This document shows positions 29,559 through 37,657 of a stretch of DNA of 64,000 bases, piece by piece. Source of the DNA: a virus. Lineage: Duplodnaviria > Caudoviricetes. Position 1 is the stretch's first letter; every line of letters starts with the position of its first letter. The notes beneath the pieces were generated by a model. The model did not search any database, was not told the DNA's origin, and saw nothing but the letters and a program-made list of their open reading frames with translations. The DNA is taken from the IMG/VR virus record IMGVR_UViG_3300029288_000056, positions 1-64,000 of that record. The stretch is one strand, 5' to 3'. Made by a program: the position numbers and the translations under genes.

Positions 29559-29732
29559 CCAGAACGGGTTTTAGTGAGATACCAACCCTTACGGGCGTAC
29601 TGTTACGAGCAGTATTATCCAATGTAATCCCACAAGCATTTCTGGAATTTGGTCGTGCTAGAAGCGAATCTAGTACGACCGGTGTAGCTCAACTACGGTT
29701 TCCTGCACTCCCTGACTAAGCGTTCCCGTCGC
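29559..29732 (-). ncRNA. candidate structured ncRNA
   Basis: intergenic; 12-bp hairpin at 29651-29680 plus a multibranch CCAGAA/TTCTGG domain with a GTAA tetraloop. Confidence 0.4.
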
Positions 29733-29735
29733 AAA

Positions 29736-30026
29736 TCAGTTGTAAACTCTTATTTTATCGGTTGTATCGGTCTGAGACCAAATCTGAGTTTCATACCATT
29801 TTGGTTCATAGGGTCGCCAAGGTGGATAATCCGGTATCGGCTCCCACGGCTTATAAGGTGACGGTTTCCAAGGCGCTGGCTCAAAAGGTTCGTAAGGTTG
29901 GGGTACCGGGTACGGCTGCGATTGATAAGGCCGTGCCTCTAGCTCCTTAAGAATCTTTTCAGACAAGTCGTTATGCCGTTTAATCTCTTCGTAGATCCCC
30001 TCAAGGATCTCTTCTATTGGTCTCAT
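29736..30026 (-). CDS. Pro-rich hypothetical protein
   Basis: AGGAG SD; repeated P-Y/W-x-P units. Confidence 0.6.
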   Translation of the reverse strand: MRPIEEILEGIYEEIKRHNDLSEKILKELEARPYQSQPYPVPQPYEPFEPAPWKPSPYKPWEPIPDYPPWRPYEPKWYETQIWSQTDTTDKIRVYN

Positions 30027-30042
30027 GTCTCTCCTTTAAAAA

Positions 30043-30230
30043 TTGGCGGTTTGTCCCGACCTACAAATCGCGGCGGCGTAAGCATGGCTGCCACATCTGC
30101 GACGTGACAAAGCCTACACCAGATAGTCCTGATTTTCTCCTTGAGGTCGCAAAGCGTCCCCTCAACTATCTCCCATCTGGTAAGATATCAGTCTACGAAT
30201 TCGGATAACCGAACCCTCGTGATACTCCCA
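30043..30230 (-). ncRNA. candidate structured ncRNA
   Basis: three consecutive long hairpins with several G-U pairs on the minus strand, in the tRNA island. Confidence 0.5.
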
Positions 30231-30231
30231 G

Positions 30232-30774
30232 CTAAATATTTACTAATTTACGTTCAATTAAACTACAAATTCCATAAGTTATCATTGCGTGGTGATTTGG
30301 GCATAAAACAATCAGATTTTCTATCGCATTGTTTTCCCTGTTACCGTCTATATGGTGGACCTGTAAGACGCGGACACATTCATCGTAACCGCATATCTCG
30401 CATTTAAGGCCGTAATAATTGTGGGCCTTATCTCTATATGTATTGATACCCTTACCTAAGCCATAGTGGGGCGGTTGCATTTCTTCGCACCCATCGAAAT
30501 CTAGACTCTGTGCCGTGTCTTTACATTTACGAGAACAAAAATATAAACCATGTCTACTACCCTTTAACCTACCCTTAGATCTTTCAAATGTTTTACCACA
30601 ACAAGCACATGTCAAACTAACATTATTAATGTCGCTTTTATACTTTCCACTACAAACAACACTACAAAAATGTTTCTCGGTTTTTACATCTTTAGCTACC
30701 TTAAAAAATATATCACCGCAAGAATCGCATTTAAGTTCAAAATGATCACGTACGCGCCCATATTTATCCTTCAT
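30232..30774 (-). CDS. HNH endonuclease with Zn-finger repeats
   Basis: FCS..C repeats; CEICG...LQVHHIDGNRENN..ENLIVLCPNHH; start moved to 30774 to avoid overlap with tRNA-Ala. Confidence 0.85.
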   Translation of the reverse strand: MKDKYGRVRDHFELKCDSCGDIFFKVAKDVKTEKHFCSVVCSGKYKSDINNVSLTCACCGKTFERSKGRLKGSRHGLYFCSRKCKDTAQSLDFDGCEEMQPPHYGLGKGINTYRDKAHNYYGLKCEICGYDECVRVLQVHHIDGNRENNAIENLIVLCPNHHAMITYGICSLIERKLVNI

Positions 30775-30790
30775 TCTAACTGTATTCACT

Positions 30791-30861
30791 TGGAACCAGA
30801 CGGTCACGCTCCGTCGTTACCTGCTTGCAAAACAGGAGTCCTCCTACTAGACGATGGCCCC
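30791..30861 (-). tRNA. tRNA-Ala(TGC)
   Basis: cloverleaf with acceptor GGGGCCA/TGGTTCC-A (G3:U70), anticodon arm CCTGT-TTTGCAA-GCAGG; atypical T-loop AGCGTGA; no encoded CCA. Confidence 0.8.
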
Positions 30862-30930
30862 ATATTATACTATAACAGAAGTCGCTAGCAATTCGCCAAA
30901 GAATGTAAGCCAGCATGCATTTATAGTAAT

Positions 30931-31008
30931 TTGGGATGGCAGGGATCGCACCTGCAAGATGCCTCTTACCGACTACCTCCATATGGATGGAGATTTTCGA
31001 TCATCCCG
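30931..31008 (-). ncRNA. tRNA-like element with aberrant core
   Basis: acceptor GGGATG/CATCCC and T-arm GCAGG-TGCGATC-CCTGC, but no standard D or anticodon arms. Confidence 0.45.
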
Positions 31009-31242
31009 ATAAACTGGGACAGGAACTACATCGAGCTTCGCGCCTTTTATTGGCGTTCCTGAAACCGTCAGGCCGGTATTCCTATTTTTGAAAATAATTC
31101 TGCACTTTCAGCAGTCCTCCAATCAACTCATAAATACATTTCTCCAGAATGAGTATTGGTGGTAATAATGGCCCATGTTGTATGTCTGGTTCATGGAAGT
31201 TACATATCAACTGTAATGTAAGCCCGACATCATTCCCAGTAT

Positions 31243-31313
31243 TTGCGAGAACAGGATTTGAACCTGTGTACCGAGGGTATGAGCCTCGTAAGTGGCCTCT
31301 ACTTTATCTCGCT
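31243..31313 (-). tRNA. tRNA-Met(CAT), initiator-like
   Basis: AGCGAGA/TCTCGCA acceptor with 1:72 mismatch, CGAGG-CTCATAC-CCTCG anticodon arm, ACAGG-TTCAAAT-CCTGT T-arm. Confidence 0.85.
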
Positions 31314-31351
31314 ATATTTTTAATTCTAATAATCCGTGGTCATATCCATTT

Positions 31352-31385
31352 ATTATACTATAACGTTATTTTGCGTTAATTAGTC
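31352..31385 (-). promoter_or_regulatory. putative class B promoter for the tRNA island
   Basis: GACTAATTA-19bp-TATAAT. Confidence 0.5.
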
Positions 31386-31387
31386 CC

Positions 31388-31612
31388 CTAATTCTCAATT
31401 AATACTAGGTCTACACCCGAGGAATAATAAAAACCCTTTTCCCTGATCTCATCTATGTGTTTTTGGAGCGCAGCCATTACATTGGCCGTTGTTCCTTCTA
31501 AGAAACTGGTGCCTTCACTAGCACAAATAGCTTCTAACACATCTTGTTTTACACTATAAACCTCGGCCCCAACTCGATTAGGCCTTACGATGAGTATTCT
31601 GTATTTTTCCAT
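31388..31612 (-). CDS. hypothetical protein
   Basis: immediately downstream of a class A promoter. Confidence 0.55.
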   Translation of the reverse strand: MEKYRILIVRPNRVGAEVYSVKQDVLEAICASEGTSFLEGTTANVMAALQKHIDEIREKGFYYSSGVDLVLIEN

Positions 31613-31618
31613 ATCAAC

Positions 31619-31646
31619 ATCCTATCATAGTTTTTCAGAAAGTCAA
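31619..31646 (-). promoter_or_regulatory. sigma70-type promoter (class A)
   Basis: TTGACT-16bp-TAGGAT with extended TG. Confidence 0.55.
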
Positions 31647-31879
31647 GCACTTTTTTTAGTTTTCTTCTCCACAACCTTCTTGACAAATTTCGTAGCGAAG
31701 AAGAATATCAGCAGGACCGCGGATACCGCTATCATAACCCAAAACCAGATTGGTGCGCCAAAGATCAAGGGGGTTAGAATACCGCCGCACAAAATAAAGA
31801 GCGCCAGTAGGGCCGTGCCCACGATAGAGACGATCCACATAGTCTTTGATAGTTTATTTTTTATCATTTTTATCACCAT
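31643..31879 (-). CDS. two-TM membrane protein (holin-like)
   Basis: two hydrophobic helices and a highly basic C-terminus. Confidence 0.6.
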   Translation of the reverse strand: MVIKMIKNKLSKTMWIVSIVGTALLALFILCGGILTPLIFGAPIWFWVMIAVSAVLLIFFFATKFVKKVVEKKTKKSA

Positions 31880-32375
31880 TGACTCCGAATCTCTTCTTGA
31901 TGATTTTTGAGATGAGTAAACCGATGTTTAGCCCACTCAATATTGCGCCGCCCAAAATCAGGGTCCAAAACCATGCTGGTGCTCCCCAAAATGAAGGGAT
32001 AACCGCACTCTCTATAACAGTATCTATAGTCAATAAAACGACGGAAACAACCGTGATAACCCAAGACCAAATATCTATAGCTCTGAGCCTCTGGTGTTTA
32101 TCTCGTTCATAATTCAAGATCTCAACTTTTTTGTCTAGTTCGGCGATCTTAAATTCTAGGCTGTTAAACCTCGTCTCGTTCCGCTCGTCCAATTCCTTCA
32201 TGCTTGTCTCGTGCCGGTCGTTGTAGTCCTTCATCATATCTTTTATTTCTTTGATTCCGATATTTAGGTTCTTGACCTGCTCGCAGACTGTAGCTATGAT
32301 TGCTACCTGTTTTTCGTGCACTGAGCACGTGTCAGTCGTTCTACGCACTGCTTTTTTCTTAGGTTCTTCTGTCAT
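31854..32375 (-). CDS. coiled-coil plus two-TM membrane protein (holin/antiholin-like)
   Basis: N-terminal coiled coil; TM hairpin containing GAPAWFW. Confidence 0.6.
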   Translation of the reverse strand: MTEEPKKKAVRRTTDTCSVHEKQVAIIATVCEQVKNLNIGIKEIKDMMKDYNDRHETSMKELDERNETRFNSLEFKIAELDKKVEILNYERDKHQRLRAIDIWSWVITVVSVVLLTIDTVIESAVIPSFWGAPAWFWTLILGGAILSGLNIGLLISKIIKKRFGVNGDKNDKK

Positions 32376-33085
32376 ATTATTCCAGCCTCATGTAATTTAG
32401 TTTGATATTTACACCAACTGCAAGTCGGTGTTTTAGGAGGTAGAGGTCCTTCTAAGACGTCTAGGACCTCGTCAATAAGATCAACAAAAGAGTTATCATC
32501 TCTGCCTAAATCAATCCATGTCGTCTTGCCCTTATAATCACTGTCTAAGTTGTTGTCCACTTCAAAAGTTGCTGGCTCGTACGCTAGTATACCCATAAGA
32601 GACACAGGCTCCAAATGAAGACTGCCCTCTTCCGGGTGTTCTAATGCGTAGGTATATGCGCTCAACTGCTTGTGGTACAGATCGGTATGCTCTGCGTCAG
32701 GGACGGAAGTCTTGAAGTCAATAACACCGTAAGATCCGTCCTCGATTGTTATAATGCTGTCAACCATTCCACTGATAACACACTGTCTTAAGTGAGTGCC
32801 TATTTGTATTGGCTGAGAAACGACTTTGTAGTCGTGATAACCTACAACACCTTGCGGTAAGAACGGTGAGATGTCCTTCAGGTCTTTCCCTGTAAAGAAT
32901 TCCTTCGTATTCTTGTCGATGTCGTTGAATATCGCCGGCATCTGCATCCCAGATGGCGGGATCTTCTTGACGTACTTCAGCCAAAAACATCTATGGCATG
33001 TTCCCCACAAGAACGTCAGATCTGAGGGGCTAATGCGCCAGATTTCGTCGGGTGCTGCATTAAGAAAATGTGTTAAGCTACCCAT
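32372..33085 (-). CDS. PD-(D/E)XK nuclease (RecB/Cas4-like) with class II leader
   Basis: ISPSDL..CHRC, GMVD, VIDFKTS, QLSAY and CSWCKY motifs. Confidence 0.85.
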   Translation of the reverse strand: MGSLTHFLNAAPDEIWRISPSDLTFLWGTCHRCFWLKYVKKIPPSGMQMPAIFNDIDKNTKEFFTGKDLKDISPFLPQGVVGYHDYKVVSQPIQIGTHLRQCVISGMVDSIITIEDGSYGVIDFKTSVPDAEHTDLYHKQLSAYTYALEHPEEGSLHLEPVSLMGILAYEPATFEVDNNLDSDYKGKTTWIDLGRDDNSFVDLIDEVLDVLEGPLPPKTPTCSWCKYQTKLHEAGII

Positions 33086-33435
33086 TACACCGGAGTTATT
33101 GTGATGTTAAACTGATATGGTATTTGTGCCACTAGGGTGGCTAACGCTGTAATATCTTTCATTCCTATTGGATTTTCGGCCTGTAACTGAATCTCAACTA
33201 TAGTTCTTTCTGCCTTATCAACAAACACGTCCAAGTGAAAGTCTTCATAATTATCCGCTGATGCACACTCAACTTCGTATATGAATCCATCAGGCAGTTC
33301 ATTATCAGGAAGCGCACTTATACTTGTTACAGGTATCTTACTTCCTATAAATTGCTCCACCTTTGGTTCTAGCTCAAGCGCGGAGCCTCTTTTAAAATTC
33401 TCAGCATTCAGTTTTTTACGTCCAAAGTACGTCAT
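33085..33435 (-). CDS. putative internal virion protein (leader MTYFGRKKLNA)
   Basis: leader variant plus acidic body. Confidence 0.6.
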   Translation of the reverse strand: MTYFGRKKLNAENFKRGSALELEPKVEQFIGSKIPVTSISALPDNELPDGFIYEVECASADNYEDFHLDVFVDKAERTIVEIQLQAENPIGMKDITALATLVAQIPYQFNITITPV

Positions 33436-33444
33436 TTTGTCTCC

Positions 33445-33870
33445 CTAAAGTTGATGTTTATTGTAAATTAATTCTGTCCAAAGACTACTGAGTTGCGTAA
33501 TCGTCCCTTCGTCTTCTTTACCCAAGTAGTTCTTAGTGATCAGCTCGTAATACTCCGGATACTCGGTCTTGATGTCCAAGACCCATTCCTTATTCTTGTA
33601 GTCTTCTGATGCGAGAGCGTCGTCGGCGATATTGAAATACATTGACGATGTCCCTATAATGTCGTCGGAAAGGCTTACTACTTCCGGAGGGTACTCACCG
33701 ATCTCCGTTTCAACCTTTTCCTGCACTTTTGCCGTCTGTCTTTCCATCGGCGGCAACTGATCTACTATTGGAATGAATTCTTGATCCGGTGTTTCATCTA
33801 TAAGTTCATTGATCAATTCTTTTTTTCCACACAAATTAATCTCTTGTACTAGTACAATCTGTCTTGACAC
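33445..33870 (-). CDS. hypothetical acidic protein
   Basis: AGGAG SD, GTG start. Confidence 0.6.
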   Translation of the reverse strand: MSRQIVLVQEINLCGKKELINELIDETPDQEFIPIVDQLPPMERQTAKVQEKVETEIGEYPPEVVSLSDDIIGTSSMYFNIADDALASEDYKNKEWVLDIKTEYPEYYELITKNYLGKEDEGTITQLSSLWTELIYNKHQL

Positions 33871-33878
33871 GTATTCTC

Positions 33879-34445
33879 CTATTTTAATGAAGATTTTTTA
33901 ACAACAAAATCAGCGCTAATGTCTTCTGTATTCGCCATTAGTTCGTCTCTGAACTGTTTCCAAAAAACTTCCTTGTGCATTGGAAGTGAAGCCTCACCAT
34001 TTTTTTCCGCTAAGTCTTCCATATCAACTAATTCATAGCCACACGCTTGAGTTAATTTTATATAATCTCTTCTTGGCATTCGTGTGTGATATGATGTTGT
34101 ATATACCCAATATTCGTAACCGTTCTTTATGGCGTCCGTTCGTAAAACATTATTAATACGATCAATTTGTTCGTTACTTATATATGCATTCTTGTTTGAT
34201 AAAAAGTCGGTTAACTTACTCACGATATCTCTCCTTGCTATTAAAGACGGGTTCTTGTAATCAGATATCTCTTTATCTGCTGCCTCTTGCGGTGGAGTCG
34301 CTTCATCAATATAGCGCTCTATCACGTTGAAGTACAGATCTCCGTATTTGTCCCTGATTTCGTCAAAGTACTGGCCTAAGCAGTGTTCAAATTCACTAGC
34401 ATAGTCCTCAAAAGCTGCAAAGTCGGCGTTTTTAAAGTATTTCAT
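33879..34445 (-). CDS. putative internal virion protein (MKYFKN leader)
   Basis: MKYFKNADFAA. Confidence 0.65.
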   Translation of the reverse strand: MKYFKNADFAAFEDYASEFEHCLGQYFDEIRDKYGDLYFNVIERYIDEATPPQEAADKEISDYKNPSLIARRDIVSKLTDFLSNKNAYISNEQIDRINNVLRTDAIKNGYEYWVYTTSYHTRMPRRDYIKLTQACGYELVDMEDLAEKNGEASLPMHKEVFWKQFRDELMANTEDISADFVVKKSSLK

Positions 34446-35535
34446 CTCGGCGTGCGCTGAAAGTGTTTCCTACAGGTTTTCCAATATCCGATGATGTATC
34501 CTGATAATCTTTTACGGTTAAGTTCCCAAATTTGTCTCTCATGTCCTCGTTGTAGTCGTCGATAGCTTTTTCAACGGCCTCTTTTACTGAGTTACAGTTC
34601 TGCCAGTAGCGCTCGACGAGTGCGTCCCAATCATCAATGCCTTCCTCACATAAGGTTAGGTAGTCCATGTATTCACCGGGATTCTCTTCGTGAGATTCGT
34701 CTTCAAGACCGTCTTCGAACTGTTGTTGGAATTCTTCAAGGCTCATGGTCTCAACTAAATTTGCATGTAGTCTTCGGCGAGAAGCCGCTACTGACGTAGT
34801 CGCTTGAAGTTGTATACCCAACTTGTTCTTAAATTCGTTTGGGCTAGTAACCATAAAAGTCTCACCGTTGATCGTGCAGCTTAGTGTGTTCATCGCGTCT
34901 GTGGACGGTGTAAAGGTTACATTCACGGTCTTTCCACTCTTGTCACTCATTGTAAGTTGGTTATCTCCGGTTCTGCGAACAGAGTATCCATTAGCTGTTC
35001 CAACTTCTTGAACTGCGTTGTAGTAGTCCTGAAGCTGACCAGTATAAGCGTTCTTTCTCCCTTTAGCGTCTAGAAAAAAATCAGCCCTCGACGCGTTAGC
35101 GTTTGCCGGCTTTTCACCGGTAGGTGACTCTGCTGGCGGTGCGGGTGCTACGGGAGCCTCTGGTGCTGGCTGTGCAATCTCCGTAGTGTTAACTGCGGGT
35201 GAGATCGAGACGCCTTGACCTACGCCAAGCTTTTGTTGGAAGTCGTTTGACAGATTAAGGATCGCACTTTGTAGTCCCGAAAGTTGAGACACGAAGTTAG
35301 CCTTCTCTGTATCATCTAAGGTCCAGTTTGTCTCTAAGGCTTTTGCCTTAAGCTCCATCAACGAACCGAATGTCGCATTAATTGCGTCAAACATGTCGAA
35401 GATGTCCTTTTCCTTCACCATGGTCGGACTTGAGTCTTCAGGTTTTGGCGCTTCACCTTCTGCGGCGCTTAAGAGACCGGCTCTGTACATAGCCTTTGTC
35501 TTCATAACTTTGTTGTTAAAATCATTGTGATTCAT
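34432..35535 (-). CDS. multi-domain putative internal polyprotein
   Basis: domains separated by LLSAA, ASRADFFLDA and ASRRRLHA. Confidence 0.6.
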   Translation of the reverse strand: MNHNDFNNKVMKTKAMYRAGLLSAAEGEAPKPEDSSPTMVKEKDIFDMFDAINATFGSLMELKAKALETNWTLDDTEKANFVSQLSGLQSAILNLSNDFQQKLGVGQGVSISPAVNTTEIAQPAPEAPVAPAPPAESPTGEKPANANASRADFFLDAKGRKNAYTGQLQDYYNAVQEVGTANGYSVRRTGDNQLTMSDKSGKTVNVTFTPSTDAMNTLSCTINGETFMVTSPNEFKNKLGIQLQATTSVAASRRRLHANLVETMSLEEFQQQFEDGLEDESHEENPGEYMDYLTLCEEGIDDWDALVERYWQNCNSVKEAVEKAIDDYNEDMRDKFGNLTVKDYQDTSSDIGKPVGNTFSARRDEIL

Positions 35536-35547
35536 TTTCTCTCCTTG

Positions 35548-36234
35548 TTATGTTGCTCTGATTAAATTTACGAGTTGGTTAAAATCGTCTTCTAGTTTAT
35601 TATAGTAGTGAAACAGATCGTCCTGATCGCCGTATCGTTTATTTTCGTCTAAACCGGAGCTCATTATTATATCTTCACACAGTTTAATTGGTAGGTCCTT
35701 AATAAAATTTCCCAAATCCTCCAAAAACGCAGAATCAATAGCATTTGCACCCTTAAAGGGCATACCTGAAAATTTTTTTATTCCGACGTCTTGCAACCAA
35801 TCAAAGACATCGGTGAATGCTGCTTGAGCCTCGGTTTTAAACCTTGAATAAGCAGATGAGCTCATCAGCCCCACTATCGTGGCGTTCCAGTTATATATGT
35901 CGTACAGCTTATCTTTAATTATGTTTTCATACTTAGCGTCGTCCAGATAAGGCGCCGCCTTAAGTCTACGGGAAGCGAAAAGATCTCGCAACCCCAACTC
36001 TTTACATATTTGATCATAGTTATTCATCCAAGCCGCCAGTAGTGTGCTGCAGAGTCTTTCGTCATAACCAAATTCATCTTCAATGTACACGGCTGCACCA
36101 AACATATTAGTTACGCCACTTTTCCGCAAGTCTTCTAGAAAACGATATACTTCTTTAACGTCGTCTTCGCTTATACCCGGAATAGAATAAGGATCTGTCG
36201 CCGCCTGTAGTTTTGCAAATTTAAAATATTTCAT
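35548..36234 (-). CDS. putative internal virion protein (MKYFKF leader), two domains
   Basis: MKYFKFAKLQAA; LRKSGVTNMFGAA domain; linker LFASRRLKAA. Confidence 0.65.
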   Translation of the reverse strand: MKYFKFAKLQAATDPYSIPGISEDDVKEVYRFLEDLRKSGVTNMFGAAVYIEDEFGYDERLCSTLLAAWMNNYDQICKELGLRDLFASRRLKAAPYLDDAKYENIIKDKLYDIYNWNATIVGLMSSSAYSRFKTEAQAAFTDVFDWLQDVGIKKFSGMPFKGANAIDSAFLEDLGNFIKDLPIKLCEDIIMSSGLDENKRYGDQDDLFHYYNKLEDDFNQLVNLIRAT

Positions 36235-36243
36235 GTGTCTCCT

Positions 36244-36770
36244 TTACCATTGTATGATTGAAAATTGACGTCTATCTACTGGAAAACCTTCTAGTTCACT
36301 TGGATATACTGTTCCCATTTGGATTCTACTCAGATCGAACCTTGACGTTTTAGTGCGGTACTTAAATTTCGTACAAAGAGGTCTTCCCCAGTCGGATCTT
36401 TGCGGGTCTATTATCTTTTCTACATTGGGATCGTTATACCAGCGGTAGTAGATGTTTTGCGCTTTATTAGAAGTTGTTCCGTCAGAATCAGAGCCCATCC
36501 AACTACCGAGCTCAAAAGTGACGTAATCAAGGACGATGTTATACAGTAAGGCTCCGTAATTATCCAACCCTACTCCGTGTTCAACAGACCAACACTCACC
36601 AGCTTCGTAATCATAAAGATCTATGTCCGCGGCTAGTTTGAATACCTTTCTCGAACTTACAAACTCATAAAGTGCAAAATAGCAACGTTTACCCTCTCTA
36701 TACAGTAAGACCCTTTTTTATCGTCAAAAGGTTCCATGGATGACTCTAAAAGGAATTGGAATAGACTCAT
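36244..36770 (-). pseudogene. frameshifted GNAT-like acetyltransferase-fold gene
   Basis: ATG at 36770 coupled to the upstream stop; -1 shift at an A6 run (36714-36719) joins a frame containing YGALLYNIV...WMGSD...S.KAQNIY. Confidence 0.55.
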
Positions 36771-36967
36771 ATCTTATCTTTGAGATCCTCAGGAAGTTCT
36801 TCTAGTTTTCTAAGAGTAACTCCACTGTCGTTTGTCCAAGATTTTTTGCCGCACGTCATACAGCCGGCTGCTCTTATTTTATCTTTTGCGTCGTAGAGGT
36901 AACCCCACTCAATTTTGTCGCTGCCGCAATAAGGGCAATGTCCTAGTTTGTTTTCACGTTCTTTCAT
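36767..36967 (-). CDS. small Zn-ribbon protein
   Basis: CPYCGS...CMTCG. Confidence 0.65.
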   Translation of the reverse strand: MKERENKLGHCPYCGSDKIEWGYLYDAKDKIRAAGCMTCGKKSWTNDSGVTLRKLEELPEDLKDKI

Positions 36968-37632
36968 TATGCCACCATCTTATGCTCTATAAATTTAATT
37001 GGATTATAAACGTAACAGTCGGTGTTAAGCCCCCACTGGTGCATCATTTCTCGCCCAAACTGATCATATGGTCTGTGAGCCTTACTGTAGCGCATGAAGT
37101 ATAATGCGGCTTCTTCTTTACTAATGCGCGTGTAGTCCCATAAATCATAGTTACTTAAAAACCCGCTATGTAAATGAACACCCGCTTTAAGTGGATAAAG
37201 TTTACCTATCTTTTGGCCCTCTTTAACATCGTAAATTCCAGAAACTCTTGTAATGTGTTGATACACATTAATGAAAGGCTTGTCGTCGAGGTAAGACTTT
37301 ACAACTGCGTACTGCCCCATACTTCCAGTGCCTTTAGCGATAACTTCGCCATCCGCAATAGAGTATACATCTAAGAGCGCCCCACCTTTTGAAGGAATGT
37401 CGATGGCGCCATGCCAAGTACCATCTTCAATTCCGTCTAAATACGATGGAAAGTCTTGCGGATCGTACTTCTTCTTCCAAACCGCCAGCATTGTTACGCC
37501 GGGAATCAACTGACTGTTGGGGCCTAAACCGTATTTATCGTGTTTACCGCGGAAGCAATCTAGGTTGTATACAAGACCCGAGTGGGTGTTTGTTGTTAGG
37601 CTCAAATCTAATGGATATCTCAATTGTAACAC
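36967..37632 (-). CDS. M23 family peptidase (probable endolysin)
   Basis: HGAID, VYSIADGEV, YQH and HLH Zn-binding motifs. Confidence 0.85.
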   Translation of the reverse strand: MLQLRYPLDLSLTTNTHSGLVYNLDCFRGKHDKYGLGPNSQLIPGVTMLAVWKKKYDPQDFPSYLDGIEDGTWHGAIDIPSKGGALLDVYSIADGEVIAKGTGSMGQYAVVKSYLDDKPFINVYQHITRVSGIYDVKEGQKIGKLYPLKAGVHLHSGFLSNYDLWDYTRISKEEAALYFMRYSKAHRPYDQFGREMMHQWGLNTDCYVYNPIKFIEHKMVA

Positions 37633-37657
37633 TCCTCTATGTTTAAATAATTAGTTT

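Noticed and set aside
31012-31082. Possible further tRNA on the minus strand (CCTGA/TCAGG and CGCC-AATAAAA-GGCG hairpins)
   Set aside because: No T-arm, weak acceptor pairing and no U33; not supportable as a tRNA.
32372-33085. CRISPR-Cas locus suggested by the Cas4-like nuclease
   Set aside because: No cas1, cas2, effector gene or repeat-spacer array is present. Solo Cas4-like nucleases are common in phages.
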